This document shows, in pieces, positions 26,901 to 39,960 of a DNA stretch of 64,000 bases. The notes under the pieces were generated by a model. The model saw only the letters and a list, made by a program, of their open reading frames with translations, made no database searches and was not told the origin of the DNA. Position 1 is the first letter of the stretch; each line of letters opens with the position of its first letter. The position numbers were made by a program, and so were the translations under genes. Source of the DNA: Azolla caroliniana (taxonomy: Eukaryota > Plantae > Polypodiophyta); assembly GCA_043228905.1 (NCBI GenBank), contig JBHGNT010000006.1:7750001-7814000 (forward strand), given 5' to 3'.

Positions 26901-28399
26901 CATGTCTATATACACTGCTAACATGTTCTAAGGTGCTCCTCAAAATTAGACCTTAGAAGGTGCATAACCTAGCTCATGCCTGACCTAGCCATGGTAAATC
27001 AACTGTGTGCCTAATAATGCACAAGGAGGCTAGAAGAACTGCTGGTTAGGGCAAATAGGTTATAGCAACATATATCAGGACCTCATGGCTTCGGTATTGT
27101 ACTAATGTGCCTAGTAGATTAGATCAATGAAGACCTACACCAACATGCTAAGTGTTCTTTACTTGTTTTTGTTATGGCTTGTAGTTTCCAACTGATGATT
27201 ATGCAAATAATGGCTTGTAGTTTACAACTGATGATTATACAAATACAGCCACGATTGTGCCTAATAATGGCGAAATTGGTTAGTTGGGATAGTGGATCGA
27301 TCGCTTTGGACATTGTAAATGCGGATGACTTGAGATAAACTACATTCTCGTATAGCAATCGATGAATTGTTATTGTAGCTAAAAATATAATGCTAAGAGT
27401 GTTGATCCATGAATAATGATAATATATTTGGCTACTTATAAATTGGATAACTATTTGATCACTTACCTAAATACACTGTGCAGTTCCAAATCAATTCATG
27501 GGTTCATTAATCCAAACACCCGGCGCGCGAGACAAAAAAACAAAACAGGAGTCAAATTTAGTTAGTGCTAATTGCATATTTAAGATTGGAAAGAAAGAAA
27601 CTAATGATGGTGCTTACCTTGTCTTCCTTTCCTTGTTTGTCCTTCTCTCCGACAACTGTTGTCCCATAAATGTGCCTCATAACGCCCCGTCCATCGATGT
27701 CTGCATGGCAATTAATGATGTTCCGAGAATATTCAATATTTCGTTCTTCTTAATGCATTAATATAGTCTACTCAAATGTTAATTTAATTTGCAATCGATA
27801 GAATTTGCATAACGAATATTAGTAATTCAATTATCTACAAAATTATTATTATTATGTTAGGATAGGAAAGGAAAAGACATTGCCTAGAAAGTCGAATGAT
27901 GAATAAGTTGTCAGGTACCATGATTATGTCCCCCCCATATGGGCAATTTCTTATGTACAGAACAGGAACTGATTCATACGAAATATTATACATATAGTAA
28001 ATCCATAAATGCTGATTTGACATAAATACTCTACTCTAGGTATTATTAGACATGGGGGGGGGGGGGGGGGGGGGGCAATTTACTAGTGGATTCTGATTGC
28101 CCCCTGACAATGAGAGAATGTCCACAACTTTATGGGAAAATGCCCAGACCCGCACTTGACCTAATACTGTCTGTCCTATACATACAACTTCATGGGAACT
28201 GATTTTGCCCACCAACTTCATGGGAATTAAAACTATTGTCTAGAAATTCCTGACAAAATTTGGAATGAAATCATGATCATCATCCCTCAGATACTGGTGT
28301 GCTTTCCATGAGTTTCCTAAACCCTAAACCCTAAGTCATGGGGAGTACGCAGAAATGAAGTCTGAGAAATTTGATCTAACTCATATATTTATTTACGTA

Positions 28400-28448
<49 letters not shown>

Positions 28449-31327
28449 CTATGTGTGTATGTATGTATGTATGTATAATCAATCTTGTTGATTCGAAGCT
28501 AATTTTTCTTTACTTTGTGACTCCACGGTAGATCGAGGTCCGTTGTCCGAATGTGTCGACGGACTTCCTGGGCGTACTCGAGATGTTCGTCGATGGTGCG
28601 CTCAAGCTTGGGCTAGCTGGGAAATTAGCATGATGAGCAATCAGGTTGGGCACTAAATGGTTGTTATGATCCGCATCATCGGTAAAGGATGAGGTTGTCG
28701 TGATTGTCCTTGCCGGCTTCGAGTCATTATTATTAATCATGTTAACATCACTCGAGGCACTGATCTCGCCATTCATAATTACACCATTGTTATTAATGTG
28801 ATTGATGTTGCCATGATGCATTACATTATTGTTAGTTGTAGTACCAGGATCATTAAGCGATCTAGGATAAGTATTTAATGATACTATGGTATGATTATTG
28901 TTGTGATGATGTGAAGAAGGATGGATAAGGCTAGTGTTAGTGGAGATGTTAGGTGAGGTGGGGGCTATGTAGTTGTGCTGATTATCTGCATGAACGTTAT
29001 TAGGATTGTTATTATTATTATTATTATGATGATGATGATCAATGTGGGTTAATGTATGATTAAGAAGCGTGTTGTTGCTTGGGGTTATGGATAATGAGAG
29101 AGATTGATTTCCATTATTAGTGTTATCATCATGAATGCCTGACATAACTATACTCGAATTATTACCAGTTGTTGTTGTCTGATCGATAATGCTCGACTGT
29201 GTCCCCGACCTTTGCATACTAAACCAGGGCTTCATAAACGAGAGTCCCACCAGATTATTATTATTAGTATTATTCATCTCATCATGATCATCGTGATCAT
29301 GGTGATGATGATTTGAATGATCCATCAATCCTGACCCTTGAGGATTCATGAGCTCTAAGTTGCAATTGGAATACTTAAACATGTTGTTGCTATAACTATT
29401 ATCATGATGATGGTTATTCGCCAGCATAATTTGGTCATGATCGCCATCTTGATCATCATCATCATCATCATCATCGCGATGATGATGATGATCATCAGTG
29501 TATATTAAACTCTGATTCATTAATAGATCGCCATGGCCGTGGTGGTGGCTAGTACTGTTTAATGCGATCAATGCATGATCGTTATATTGAACATGAGCAT
29601 CTCCTTGTCGATGCATTAGCAAGTGATCGGATTGACATGTCGCCAGAGCCAGAGCATTGGGGCGAGCTTCTGTAATTTCTGAGTGTTTCGGGGGGGACTC
29701 TGTGTTAGACCTGGTACTCAATGTGTCTGCACCATTATTATTATTAGTAGTAGTAGTATGATTGATATTGTAAACTGTATTCGCATTCTGAGCCTGTTGA
29801 TACAATACGTTGTGATTATCGTTCTCATCATCGTCATGATGATGATGATGATGATGATGATGCTGTAAGGAAATGTGTGCAGGTTTAATGGCGTTGGAGA
29901 AGAGCATGTTGCGGTTCTTGAAGCTGGGGTATTCTTTGCAGGAATGGGAGGAAGCAGGAGCAGGAGGTGCAGGATTCATGGTGTGGTATGATGATTTGGA
30001 TGTGTCTGCAGCTTGGGCTCCGAGGAAATCCTCGAGCTTGGGCATGAATCCATGGCCTTTGATCTCCTGGGAGGAGGAGGAGGAGGAGGATTTCGCAGAT
30101 GCTACCTGATGCCTGAACCGGGGCGATGTCTTCTGCTCCTGCAGAGCCTGATTCGTGTACTGATGCTGCTGCAGCTTCATGCCTGATGATGAGGTACCCG
30201 CCATCTCTGCTGCCGCCAGATTCTTCATCTCCTCCTCCTCCTCCTCTTCCTGCTCCCCCTCATCTCTCTGTGAATGCTCAGAATCCTTCGCCATAGCTGC
30301 AGTTTCATCCCATTGCTCTGCAGCTGCTAGCAGCAGATAATCGGATGGAAAGACAAGAAAACAAAATTATAATAAAATAGGATGCTGTTTCAACTTAATT
30401 AAGTTACGCATTCTGATGATGTAAATTAGCCTGATTTGGATCCACCCCCACTGAAATCTAATATTTACATGCAGATATATTGATATATATATATATATAT
30501 ATAGAACAACTCGATTACACTTCAAGTTAGTATTTGTTGAGGAAATGTTGATTAATTCATTCCTGACTTGCTGAATCTGTTCCATTAAATCTTCTAATGG
30601 TACACCGTAGCTTTTATTATTATTATTAGCTCTAATGGGTGAGTGAGTCCCGTTTCATTAAATCTTCTGAAAATGTGGCTGCCGTGGTCTGCAGTTTTGT
30701 TTGGAAAGCTATCATGGTAATAAATAAATAAAAATTTTAAAAAGAAAGAAAAATTTTACCTGCTGGCGGAGCAGCAGAAGCAGCCTGGGACGGCAATAAT
30801 AACGGATTAACGGAAATCCTGGACTCGGGATCAAGGCAACTACTACTGGTGTGAAGAAGGCGAGAGCCATGATTTACAACATAATCTCCCCCCATTGCAA
30901 CTGTAGTAGTAGTAGTAGTAGTAGTAATAGGAGGAGTATCATGCGTGCTATTGGAATGGGCGTGATTCTCAGTATCGGAGCTAATGTTGCTGCTATTCTG
31001 ATGATGGTGATGGTGATGGTGATGATGATTCATAGTCATGGCGGCTTCGTGATGGGGATGATGAGGATGATGAGGATGATGATGATGATGATGATGATTC
31101 ATCGTCGTCGGGTCAGGACGCTGCTGATAATGAGCATGGTGAGCGAGGAATTGGGTAGCAGGAGACGCGGGCATGCTATTAGGGTTAGGGTTAGGGTTAG
31201 GGTTAACAGGGTTGGTAGTGATGAGCAATGAGGATGTATCATGGTGGAGGTCATTATGATTAACAGGTGGGAGTGCAGGGGAGAGTAAACCGAGCCAATT
31301 GTGGTGATGATGATGGTTAGAGCCCAT
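23919..31327 (-). CDS. AP2-family euANT (AINTEGUMENTA/BABY BOOM/PLETHORA-like) double-AP2 transcription factor, ~1412 aa
   Basis: Exons (minus): 31327-30760, 30326-28514, 27700-27618, 27475-27467 (9-nt VYL micro-exon), 26836-26748, 26433-26360, 26168-26118, 25924-25848, 25393-23919 = 4239 nt in frame. euANT motifs [28 protein letters not shown], the [14 protein letters not shown] insertion, linker [15 protein letters not shown], and R2 [44 protein letters not shown]. Confidence 0.95.
25453..25728. repeat. ~140-bp diverged tandem duplication in the last euANT intron
   Basis: CACTATAATACATTATTTC...GCTACCTTATATA..CAAGATTGACATTGTTTAATTTT occurs twice in succession. Confidence 0.8.
28404..28446. 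repeat. (GT)n microsatellite in euANT intron 2
   Basis: Uninterrupted TG dinucleotide run. Confidence 0.9.
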
Positions 31328-31404
31328 GGATCAGTAGTGAGTTGGAGGGGGGGGGGGGGCCTTAATGAAAATTATAATAGTATGGCAGGCATAGGCGAAG
31401 CAGG

Positions 31405-31486
31405 AGAAGAAGAAGAAGAAGAAGAAGAAGAAGAAGAAGAAGAAGAAGAAGAAGAAGAAGAAGAAGAGGGAGAAGAAGAAGAAGAA
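31405..31486. repeat. (GAA)n/(TTC)n trinucleotide tract in the presumed euANT 5' UTR
   Basis: More than 20 GAA units with one interruption, just upstream of ATG 31327 on the minus strand. Confidence 0.9.
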
Positions 31487-31958
31487 GCCATTGATTGATT
31501 GATTGCTTGATTTGTTAAGGGAAGAAGAGTAAAACTAGAAGAAGGAAGTAAAATCACACAAAAAATAAAACTTAACTAAGAACCAAAAGAAGAAAAAAAA
31601 ACAAATACAGAAACGAAGAAGAAGAAGAAGAAAGAAAGAAAGAAGAGTGAAGGACGATCCATTTTAGTTAAAAAATAAAATATTAAGTATTTGTTTCCTC
31701 GTCATGTGTGCCCATCCGTACGTGGGGGCACTCATACAAAAATAAGGATTTGTTTAATTTCATGCATACATACCATACATACATGATACACATATACATA
31801 TACATACACATAAAATGCATACATACCATACCATACCATACCATACAAAAGGCACCGAAACTCTTATCCATATACATATACATACATATATATGTGTGTA
31901 CATATGTCTATAGTTATGTACACACATATATATGTATGTATATGTATATATACATATT

Positions 31959-31995
<37 letters not shown>

Positions 31996-34275
31996 AATAT
32001 CCTAGTACTTCCTTTTTATCTTGTTTGTCATAGATACACACCCGTAACACACGGACTCCATTTGCTCTCCTGTGACGCCCCGCTTGTTCTTGTTATTTGG
32101 CATTGTATATCATGTGGCACTCGTCCGCGTCACATAACGGAAGACATTCGACCCCGGAATTTAGAAGCAGACAGACGAAGAAAAGAACTTTATTTAATGT
32201 GGGCCGAACACGTTTGATATTCTTGCGAATAGCCACAATGAGCTAGATGGTCGACATCTCGTGGGGCCAAAGCACGAACTGCTACTTGCGGCACCCGTAC
32301 AGATCTAATATATCACTATCATCATACAAATTGGCTCGTGTGGTGAATACTATATATATTGTTTGCTCAATTGTGGTAATCACCCACCCCCTTTACATAA
32401 CTCGGCGTAACATTGAGCCTAGGAGTCTCCATAGGTACTGTTTTGCCATCTTTGATCTGTTAATGTTGTGTCTTGAATGACAAGCATGCAAATGCCGGTT
32501 ACCGAAAGTTGTCACACAATTTTTTGTAAGGGGCAATCATTCAAAATATGCCAACGTCGATGCTACAAAGTTGTTTTAGCAAACTACTTTCTCAAAGGGC
32601 TAACCATTTTGGTGGTCCAAATGTGTATGAAAATTATCTAGAGTAAAAATTTCAATCATATCACAACCTTATGCCCCAAAGGAGAGCCTTAAATACCAAC
32701 ACTTTGCCACACTAACCTATTTTGCTTACTGTCCACTTGAAGTTAATGCCAATATAATACAGCATACTTAGATGACGTGTATCACTACTCCATGTTCATT
32801 ATGTTGAATCAGGCCCCAATTTCAAAAGTAATCGTGTGAAGACTAATGTAACATTTCACGTTGTACAAGAGAGTTCAACATTTACTATTATCACATTTGA
32901 CTATATTGTGCATGCCCACCAAAAATTCATTCTCAAACTACATATTGAGACAATTCAAATGTACTAGTACATCTTGGCTCATGTTCAAGCGAATATTATG
33001 ATGTACTAATCTAATCTAGATTTTTAGAAAATATACAACATGACTTGTGTTTAGGCACATTATGGTCATAACAAGATATAGCATTCAAGCAACAGTCTAA
33101 ATTTTAGTACATCATGTTGGTGGTTAGGAACAATTTAGAATTGTGCATGTTGTTTGTCTCTCTACATGGTCTACCAACATGTTACCCATTTGCCCCCCCC
33201 ATGTTTCAATGTTTTTCTCTTCATGTTATTGCATGTAACAACGAGATCGTTAGCCATGCAAACAACCCATCTATATGCATTTGTCCCTCTATGTCTCTAA
33301 AATTGTTTTTCATCCTCTCTCTTTCCCCATATATAGATACCATATGTTCTAGAACTCTTTGAATTTGAAAGTGTTAAACACATACAAAAAAATGAATTTG
33401 AATTACATAAGTTGGGGGCAGAAATAATAGAACTCTCATGTATGTATAGTTCAGGAATTTTGCAACCATGCAACGTGGAGAAATCTAAAGATCAACATAA
33501 AAACCAATACTATACCTAAGACAATTCTAATGAATAATAGCAATACATAACTTCACTACGTTTCACTTTCAACAATACATTATGTTCCTAGGTGTTCGTA
33601 ATTACTACATATTATATTTGTTTTTTTTACACATGTAAGTTTGTAACTATTTAAGTTTATTCAAAAGGCTCCATGTTCTTTATTATAAGTTCCCTTCTAA
33701 TCATGGGTATGGCATTTACTATGACTATTAAGTTAACTTACAATCAGACCATGAAATCTAGCATTGCATTATTACTTTTCAATGCTCACATTGGGCACCT
33801 TCTAAACTTAGTAATCAAGAACATATGTAGACAACATCGTAATTAACACACTACAAGAAATGAAAGAAGAAGTTCACCTAAGTAACTTGGATTTAGTTCA
33901 AAATCTTACTAGCTAGGAAATGAAATCATGTAAAATCATGCAAGGTTAAAGTACAACAGGTCAAAGGATGACTGAACAAGATCAATATAATAATTTGTTT
34001 ATGTATCATGGGGGCCCATGGGCCTTTATAATACAATTAAACGAGCATATGGGTTAGTAGAGTATGAACCACAATATAGAGTAGTTTATTGTTAAAATAT
34101 TGGTGGTATCCTATCTCATGAATCGAGGAGCTTCGAGAAATGTAGGGTTTTTTTTTCTTTACACAACTTTCCTCTCGAGAAATGGAGCAAAATGGAATGA
34201 GAGTAGTGACTTATATAAAGAAATCCCATTGATGTAAAAGAGACAATAGTAATGAAGAGTTTTTTTGCTTCTTCG

Positions 34276-34317
<42 letters not shown>

Positions 34318-36955
34318 GGGGGGGTTGGGGGGAAACATATTTAATCTAGCGAAACAATGTTTGTATAATTGTCGAGATAGATTGAATCTTTTTTAATGTC
34401 ACATCATGTAGCTCAACGTTTTCATGATTTCTAGGAATGAAAATCATATCTTGTTTGTAAAGGAAAAGAAGACGATGATCTACGCATTCTTATCTTTTAT
34501 CCACTCAATGACATATGAGTTGAGGCTCATCCTACTTGGACACTTATCTTATTTTGATAATTAATGTTCAAAATGTGTTGAAAAGGTTACGAAAGTAGTA
34601 TTGTTATAAATATGTGACCTTTGATCATAACACAAGCTATGAGCGAATGAACAACATCAGATTGATTTTCGATGTGGAAAGTTTTGTTAGAATAAGATAT
34701 GGGTCAACCTACTTGTGCATGGTTAATCACCCTCAAATTATGGCAAAAGGTTATCAAAATTTATAGCATGTTGAGAGTCATGCACAATCAGAATCGCCAT
34801 CAGTACAAGTCTTAGGAGAAGTATTAGGCATGAAAGTAGGTTTGAACATTGACAAATGTCAGTTTCTTATATTATTGGGGAGGCACCCTGATGAACCAAT
34901 GAGTTAGATGTCATAAAACAAAAGTCTTGAATTATCTTATCTTGTACCTATCGTGTCTTATACAATGACTTGTAAATACTTTGGATAATAACAATATGAA
35001 GTTCTATCACATCCTTGAGGAGTTGTTCTTAGGATGCCAAAACACTAGTGAATGGCATATATGGCAATTGCTTTTGCCTTAAACATCATCCAATGTGATA
35101 AGTAACATGTGCAACCATTGTCAAACTTAGTATAAAATAAGTAAAGCAATGAGCACACAAAGAGATGGTTTTGCAAATTTGTCTTAGGAGACCATATGAA
35201 AAGATTACGTGCCTGAGTTGGTGCCAAACGTGAGGTTGGGTCACCATTAACAAAGATTCATCTCCAACTATAGCATGTCAATCATGTCAGCTTGCATGGA
35301 GTTTAAGTACTAACTGTAGCATGCATTCCTATGAGAGATCATTATGGACCTTTGTTTTAATACAACGGAAGGTTTTGCAAACTTCATGCACAAACTACCG
35401 AGAAATTTGGCTTTATAAGGATCTAGGTAAAGTAAACAAGCAACATTTTTAGTTGCCAATCCAACCAACTTTAACATTGTCTTTTTTTGCTCGTTTTTGT
35501 TGGAAAATTTACTATGTTTATAGGTATGTACATATTATAATTGTTATATGTGTCTCTATGTGAATATGCTCATACATGTGTACACCATGTAAATTGCCTA
35601 TGTACGTAGATAAGTGCATAGATAGGTATACACATTCACACAAACATGGTTACATATATTATTGGGGTAAGTTATAAGAAATGAAGTTTTAGTGCTGGAA
35701 AAAACTAAAGAGAATCATGAGAATCCGATCTATAGGGAATTATTGCTACCAACTTTAACGTTTTTCCTCAAAATCAACAATGAAATGGCCACTTTCAAAT
35801 GGAAACATCCAAAAACCTTGTCCCCTTGAACAATCGTAATCTTTTAGCTCAATTGGGCTTCTATAATTGTTAACAACATTGAATTAATGCTTGCTACGTT
35901 GATCAGAATCACATGGCATAGTTCATTGGTTAAGCTTAAATTAGTTTGGTAATTGTACGTATGGTCATGTTTGGCCAAACTTCTACGATAATGTTCTAAT
36001 TCTATACTTTATATTGTTATTGTGTGAAATTTGATCCAACTTTTAGCAATGACATTAGAAATATTTAGAAATCACTCTGATAGATGTCAAGTATATCATG
36101 ACTTTATGAGGTTCAATCAAGTTATTTAAAAATGTGGTTAATGATCAATGTAAAGTGAGTGAAGGAATGAAAAACTTTACCATTGGTGGATCGAAATGTT
36201 TTTTTGAATAGTATATATGTTTTCTTTTCCTCTTTCACGGCGACCAACTCGATGCAAAGCAAGCACTCCAACAATGTTCTAGGGTTTAGTGCGAACCCAA
36301 ATTCACATTACGAAACAATGTGGCGGTATCAGTTTTTTTAATGATTGTTTTCTAAATCTACTCTTTTTGTTAATATAATCGCACTTCCTTTTCAATGATA
36401 ACGAAAATGTTTTAATAAAAAGTAGGAGGTCAAAGTTCAACGAAACATTGTTAGGTTAAACAATTGTTCCGGGCTCTGAATCCTAAACATCTTTTATTGA
36501 TTTTTTCTCTTCTCTAATGCAAGGTTTTTTTTACCAACCTTTTAATGTACTCGTACAACATTTTAACCATACTCATCTTTATTTTATAGAACAAGTGTGT
36601 GACGTGGCAATGCCAAACCATATACTTTTAACATGATTCATACACAAAGTAATTGATAACACCCCTTGTTTTACGTGGTAATGTCAACATTTACGCTATT
36701 GTGGTCTCAAAAAATATCTTTGGTCGAAAAGTAATGTTAAGTTTATTGCCTAAAATTATATAGGTGATCACATTATTGATAGTATAACCTTGTTTTCCTT
36801 ATTGCATTATATCAATACTATGCCTTGTATTTCACGGCAATATCAATAGTAACTTTTGAGTATTGTTAGGAGTACTCTCGCATATATCATATATCGTGCA
36901 CAATATCAACAATATCCCTCTTATATCACATATTCACAATACCCCACCACCCCCT

Positions 36956-36992
<37 letters not shown>

Positions 36993-37601
36993 AGAAGCAA
37001 TATGAACAACCACCCTCATCATTTTGAGAAATATCGGTATGTACCCTTGCAACTAAAAAAACCCCATAGGAGTAAGATAATATAAATTGTACCCCTAGTC
37101 ATTTTGAGAAATATCACCTCATAATCATTTATATTAACTCATATTTGAAAACCCACTAGTTTCTCGCCCAGTTTCAAAAAAACTTTTAGCTTTCCATCTA
37201 AAGGTGTTTCATGATATTTCAAAAACCTTTAGTTTTTCATCCAAGGGCGTTTAGTTCAATTTGTGGTAGATATTTCGGAAATCTCTTCATTTTTCTCCCA
37301 AACATATGTCAGGGTATATAAGAAAACCATCAATTCTTTACCTATGGGCATACAACAAAAATTCTTAAACTACGAAGGGTGGTATTAATGTTAATGGTTG
37401 TTTTTCATACTCAGGTATGTAGAGATGTTTCAAAAAAACATTTAGTTTCACACCCAAGGTTTTGATGAGATATTTCAAAATCAATGAGTGGCACTGGTAA
37501 TATTAACTGCAATATGAGGGGTGTTGGCGACATTTATGTGTTGTTCGTTGAAATTGGTATATTTGTGTATGTATGTACATATGTACGCATGCATGCATGC
37601 A

Positions 37602-37662
<61 letters not shown>

Positions 37663-39041
37663 CTGTACAATGCATATATACATGCTGCTTAAGTTTTGAG
37701 AAAACCTACACGAAAGCTCGAAATTCAGTTCAAATAGCCCCAAAGGGATTAAAACTTACGAAATTGGGATAAAAGGGGTCTACAAGAGGGATTATCACCA
37801 ACTTACCCATAATTGAGTCCTCATTTCAATTGGCAAAAGATTCCCATCCTCATGGTGGAACATACTACAATAAATTACAATTATGATATATAATGTTTTA
37901 GGAACTCAAAGCAACATGTTGTCATGTCCAAAATCTAAATCAATCATTATACTGGAATTCGAATAAAATTCTCATTATGGATGAGCCTTCTAAAAATGTT
38001 TGTTCAGATGTGAATTTCATTATTTGAATTGATGTTATGAGGATAATTTGAATCAAATTAATCATTTGATATATGAACTAGCATACAAATCAATATATCC
38101 TCACAACACATCCACCTTTTAAAGTAGAAACATATAAATTGCATATGAAAGGAACAAATTTATTTGCAAAGTATCAAACTGATTGTTGGATTATTGAAAG
38201 GCATGGATTAATTATCATTGATTTATTGGGGGAAACATTTGGATCAGTTGTGACATGTACTATTGAATCATTTGTATAGAATATATGTCACCTCACTATG
38301 ACAACCTGTGGATATCGATGCAAGTGCATGCCCCTCTTTGGTAAGGCGAAGGAAATTATTACGAAGCATCGTGACATCGATGCGTTTAAATTGCTTCAAG
38401 TTAATGAATAAACATAAGATAACGTCTCATCAATCATCACATAAAATGTAGAGAGACATCAAACATGACCTTGAGTTATTAACTTCACCCACGACATCAT
38501 AGACGTGGTCATCAAATGCATTTTAGAGCGGGGAGGGAATTTTGAAGCACCAAGTGTGCATTTGTTGTCCGGATATGATTCATTATGAGATTACGTTAAT
38601 TTCACAAATTATTGATTATATTGTAGTCGTTGAGAAAGGATAAACAACCGCATCTTGGAGAAAGCGATAACCAATGATTTGTTAGAAAGAGAAGTGCATT
38701 TACAACTCTTCTTAATATAGGCTCCACATAAAATAACTTAAAATAAACCTAAAGGTGCGGTGGCTAGTCGTTAGAAGTAAAATACAAAAGGGTGAGACAT
38801 GTATGATGTGAACCCAACAAAGTGTACATCTAAACATAACATGCACCCATTTTCACTTTATTTTTAAGGAATGCATTTCATCATCGGCTATCTTTTTTTA
38901 AAATAATGAATTGGTTTTGTGAGTCGTGACACTTAGACTTGAATTTGGAAAATACGTTTAGTTTGCGTTTCTTAGCATGGGTAAATTTTGATTTAGAATG
39001 CTTAAATGTTATGAGTAGATTTTCCACTTTTTCATTCAAAT

Positions 39042-39376
39042 GGAAACTTCAAAATTCAATGGGATACAGGGAAAAATCCACGGTAAGAATTACATGGTTT
39101 GTTGGACGTTCGTGTAGAGAAATATAATTTCTTAGGACATGTTAACCAATTTAATGGGTGTTTGATTGTTGTGTCAATATTTAATAGCTATCCTAATTGT
39201 GTGGCATGGGAAACTTCAAAATTCAATGGAATACAGGGAAAAATTCACGGTAAGAATTACATAGTTTGTTGGACGTTCGAGTAGAGAAATATAATTTCTT
39301 AGGACATGTTAACCAATTTAATGGGTGTTTGATTGTTGTGTCAATATTTAATAGATCTCCTAATTGTGTGGCATGC
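39042..39376. repeat. 167-bp tandem duplication
   Basis: GGAAACTTCAAAATTCAATGG...GTGTGGCATG at 39042 and 39209; the ORF track shows identical peptides offset by 167. Confidence 0.9.
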
Positions 39377-39960
39377 CCAAATGTGACAGAGTCAATCCGA
39401 CATGCTTTGTGGGAGTACCTAGAGACTCATCGAATACAGCGGGGGGTTGGCCGCTTATTGCAATTATGCCAAATGCAAGGCACAATCAAGTGAGGGAATG
39501 TATGTTGGTTATCATGGCAGGCCCTAATTGACAAGTACGAACATGAGGGGATGACACTGGTGATAATGGTAGAAGGGATTTTTTTTTCCATCATCCACAA
39601 TATCCACTCAACTCCTATTAATGCCAAAGCTCAAGTCGTGTTGGAATTGGTCAGCCCAATAGCTCTTTGGATTCTCTGGAAACAACGGTGTAGACGGGTT
39701 TTTTCCAATCAAACTGTGCATGAAACAATGTTATTGCAGGAGATATGGAGGGAAGTTATAGCCACTCTAAAGAGCCAATATGATGGCCTCAGAGACAGAT
39801 CTGATGGAGTCGAAAGACAACGATTACCCTTAATCCAACAATCATGTTCGTCCTCTCCCTTTTTTGAGTCAATGGGCTTCCATATAAGATGGAACTATCG
39901 CGTCCCTTTTGGGATTTGTATATAACATTCTCATCTATAAAATTTTATAACTGCTGGAAG
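39370..39960 (+). mobile_element. 5'-truncated LINE 3' fragment (zf-RVT region)
   Basis: CPNVTESIRHALWE (degenerate C..ES..H) and IALWILWKQRCRRVF (W.IWK.RN..VF) motifs of plant L1-type ORF2 C-termini. Confidence 0.65.

Noticed and set aside
29683-31498. Plus-strand Met-rich and Glu-rich ORFs
   Set aside because: Antisense shadows of the poly-His codons and the GAA tract of the euANT gene.
31683-32217. ORFs of 66-169 aa (similar ones at 18132-18419 and 37481-37772)
   Set aside because: They are translations of (CA)/(TA)/(CATA) microsatellite-rich DNA, not real genes.
33849-33860. CACTACAAGAAA, identical to the start of an En/Spm (CACTA) terminal inverted repeat
   Set aside because: I found no matching inverted partner or transposase motif in the window; a 12-mer alone is insufficient.
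32500-38900. Long AT-rich stretch upstream of euANT with scattered Cys/His codons and degenerate short repeats (37150-37480)
   Set aside because: Probably old transposon debris or regulatory DNA, but I cannot assign any domain or termini by eye.
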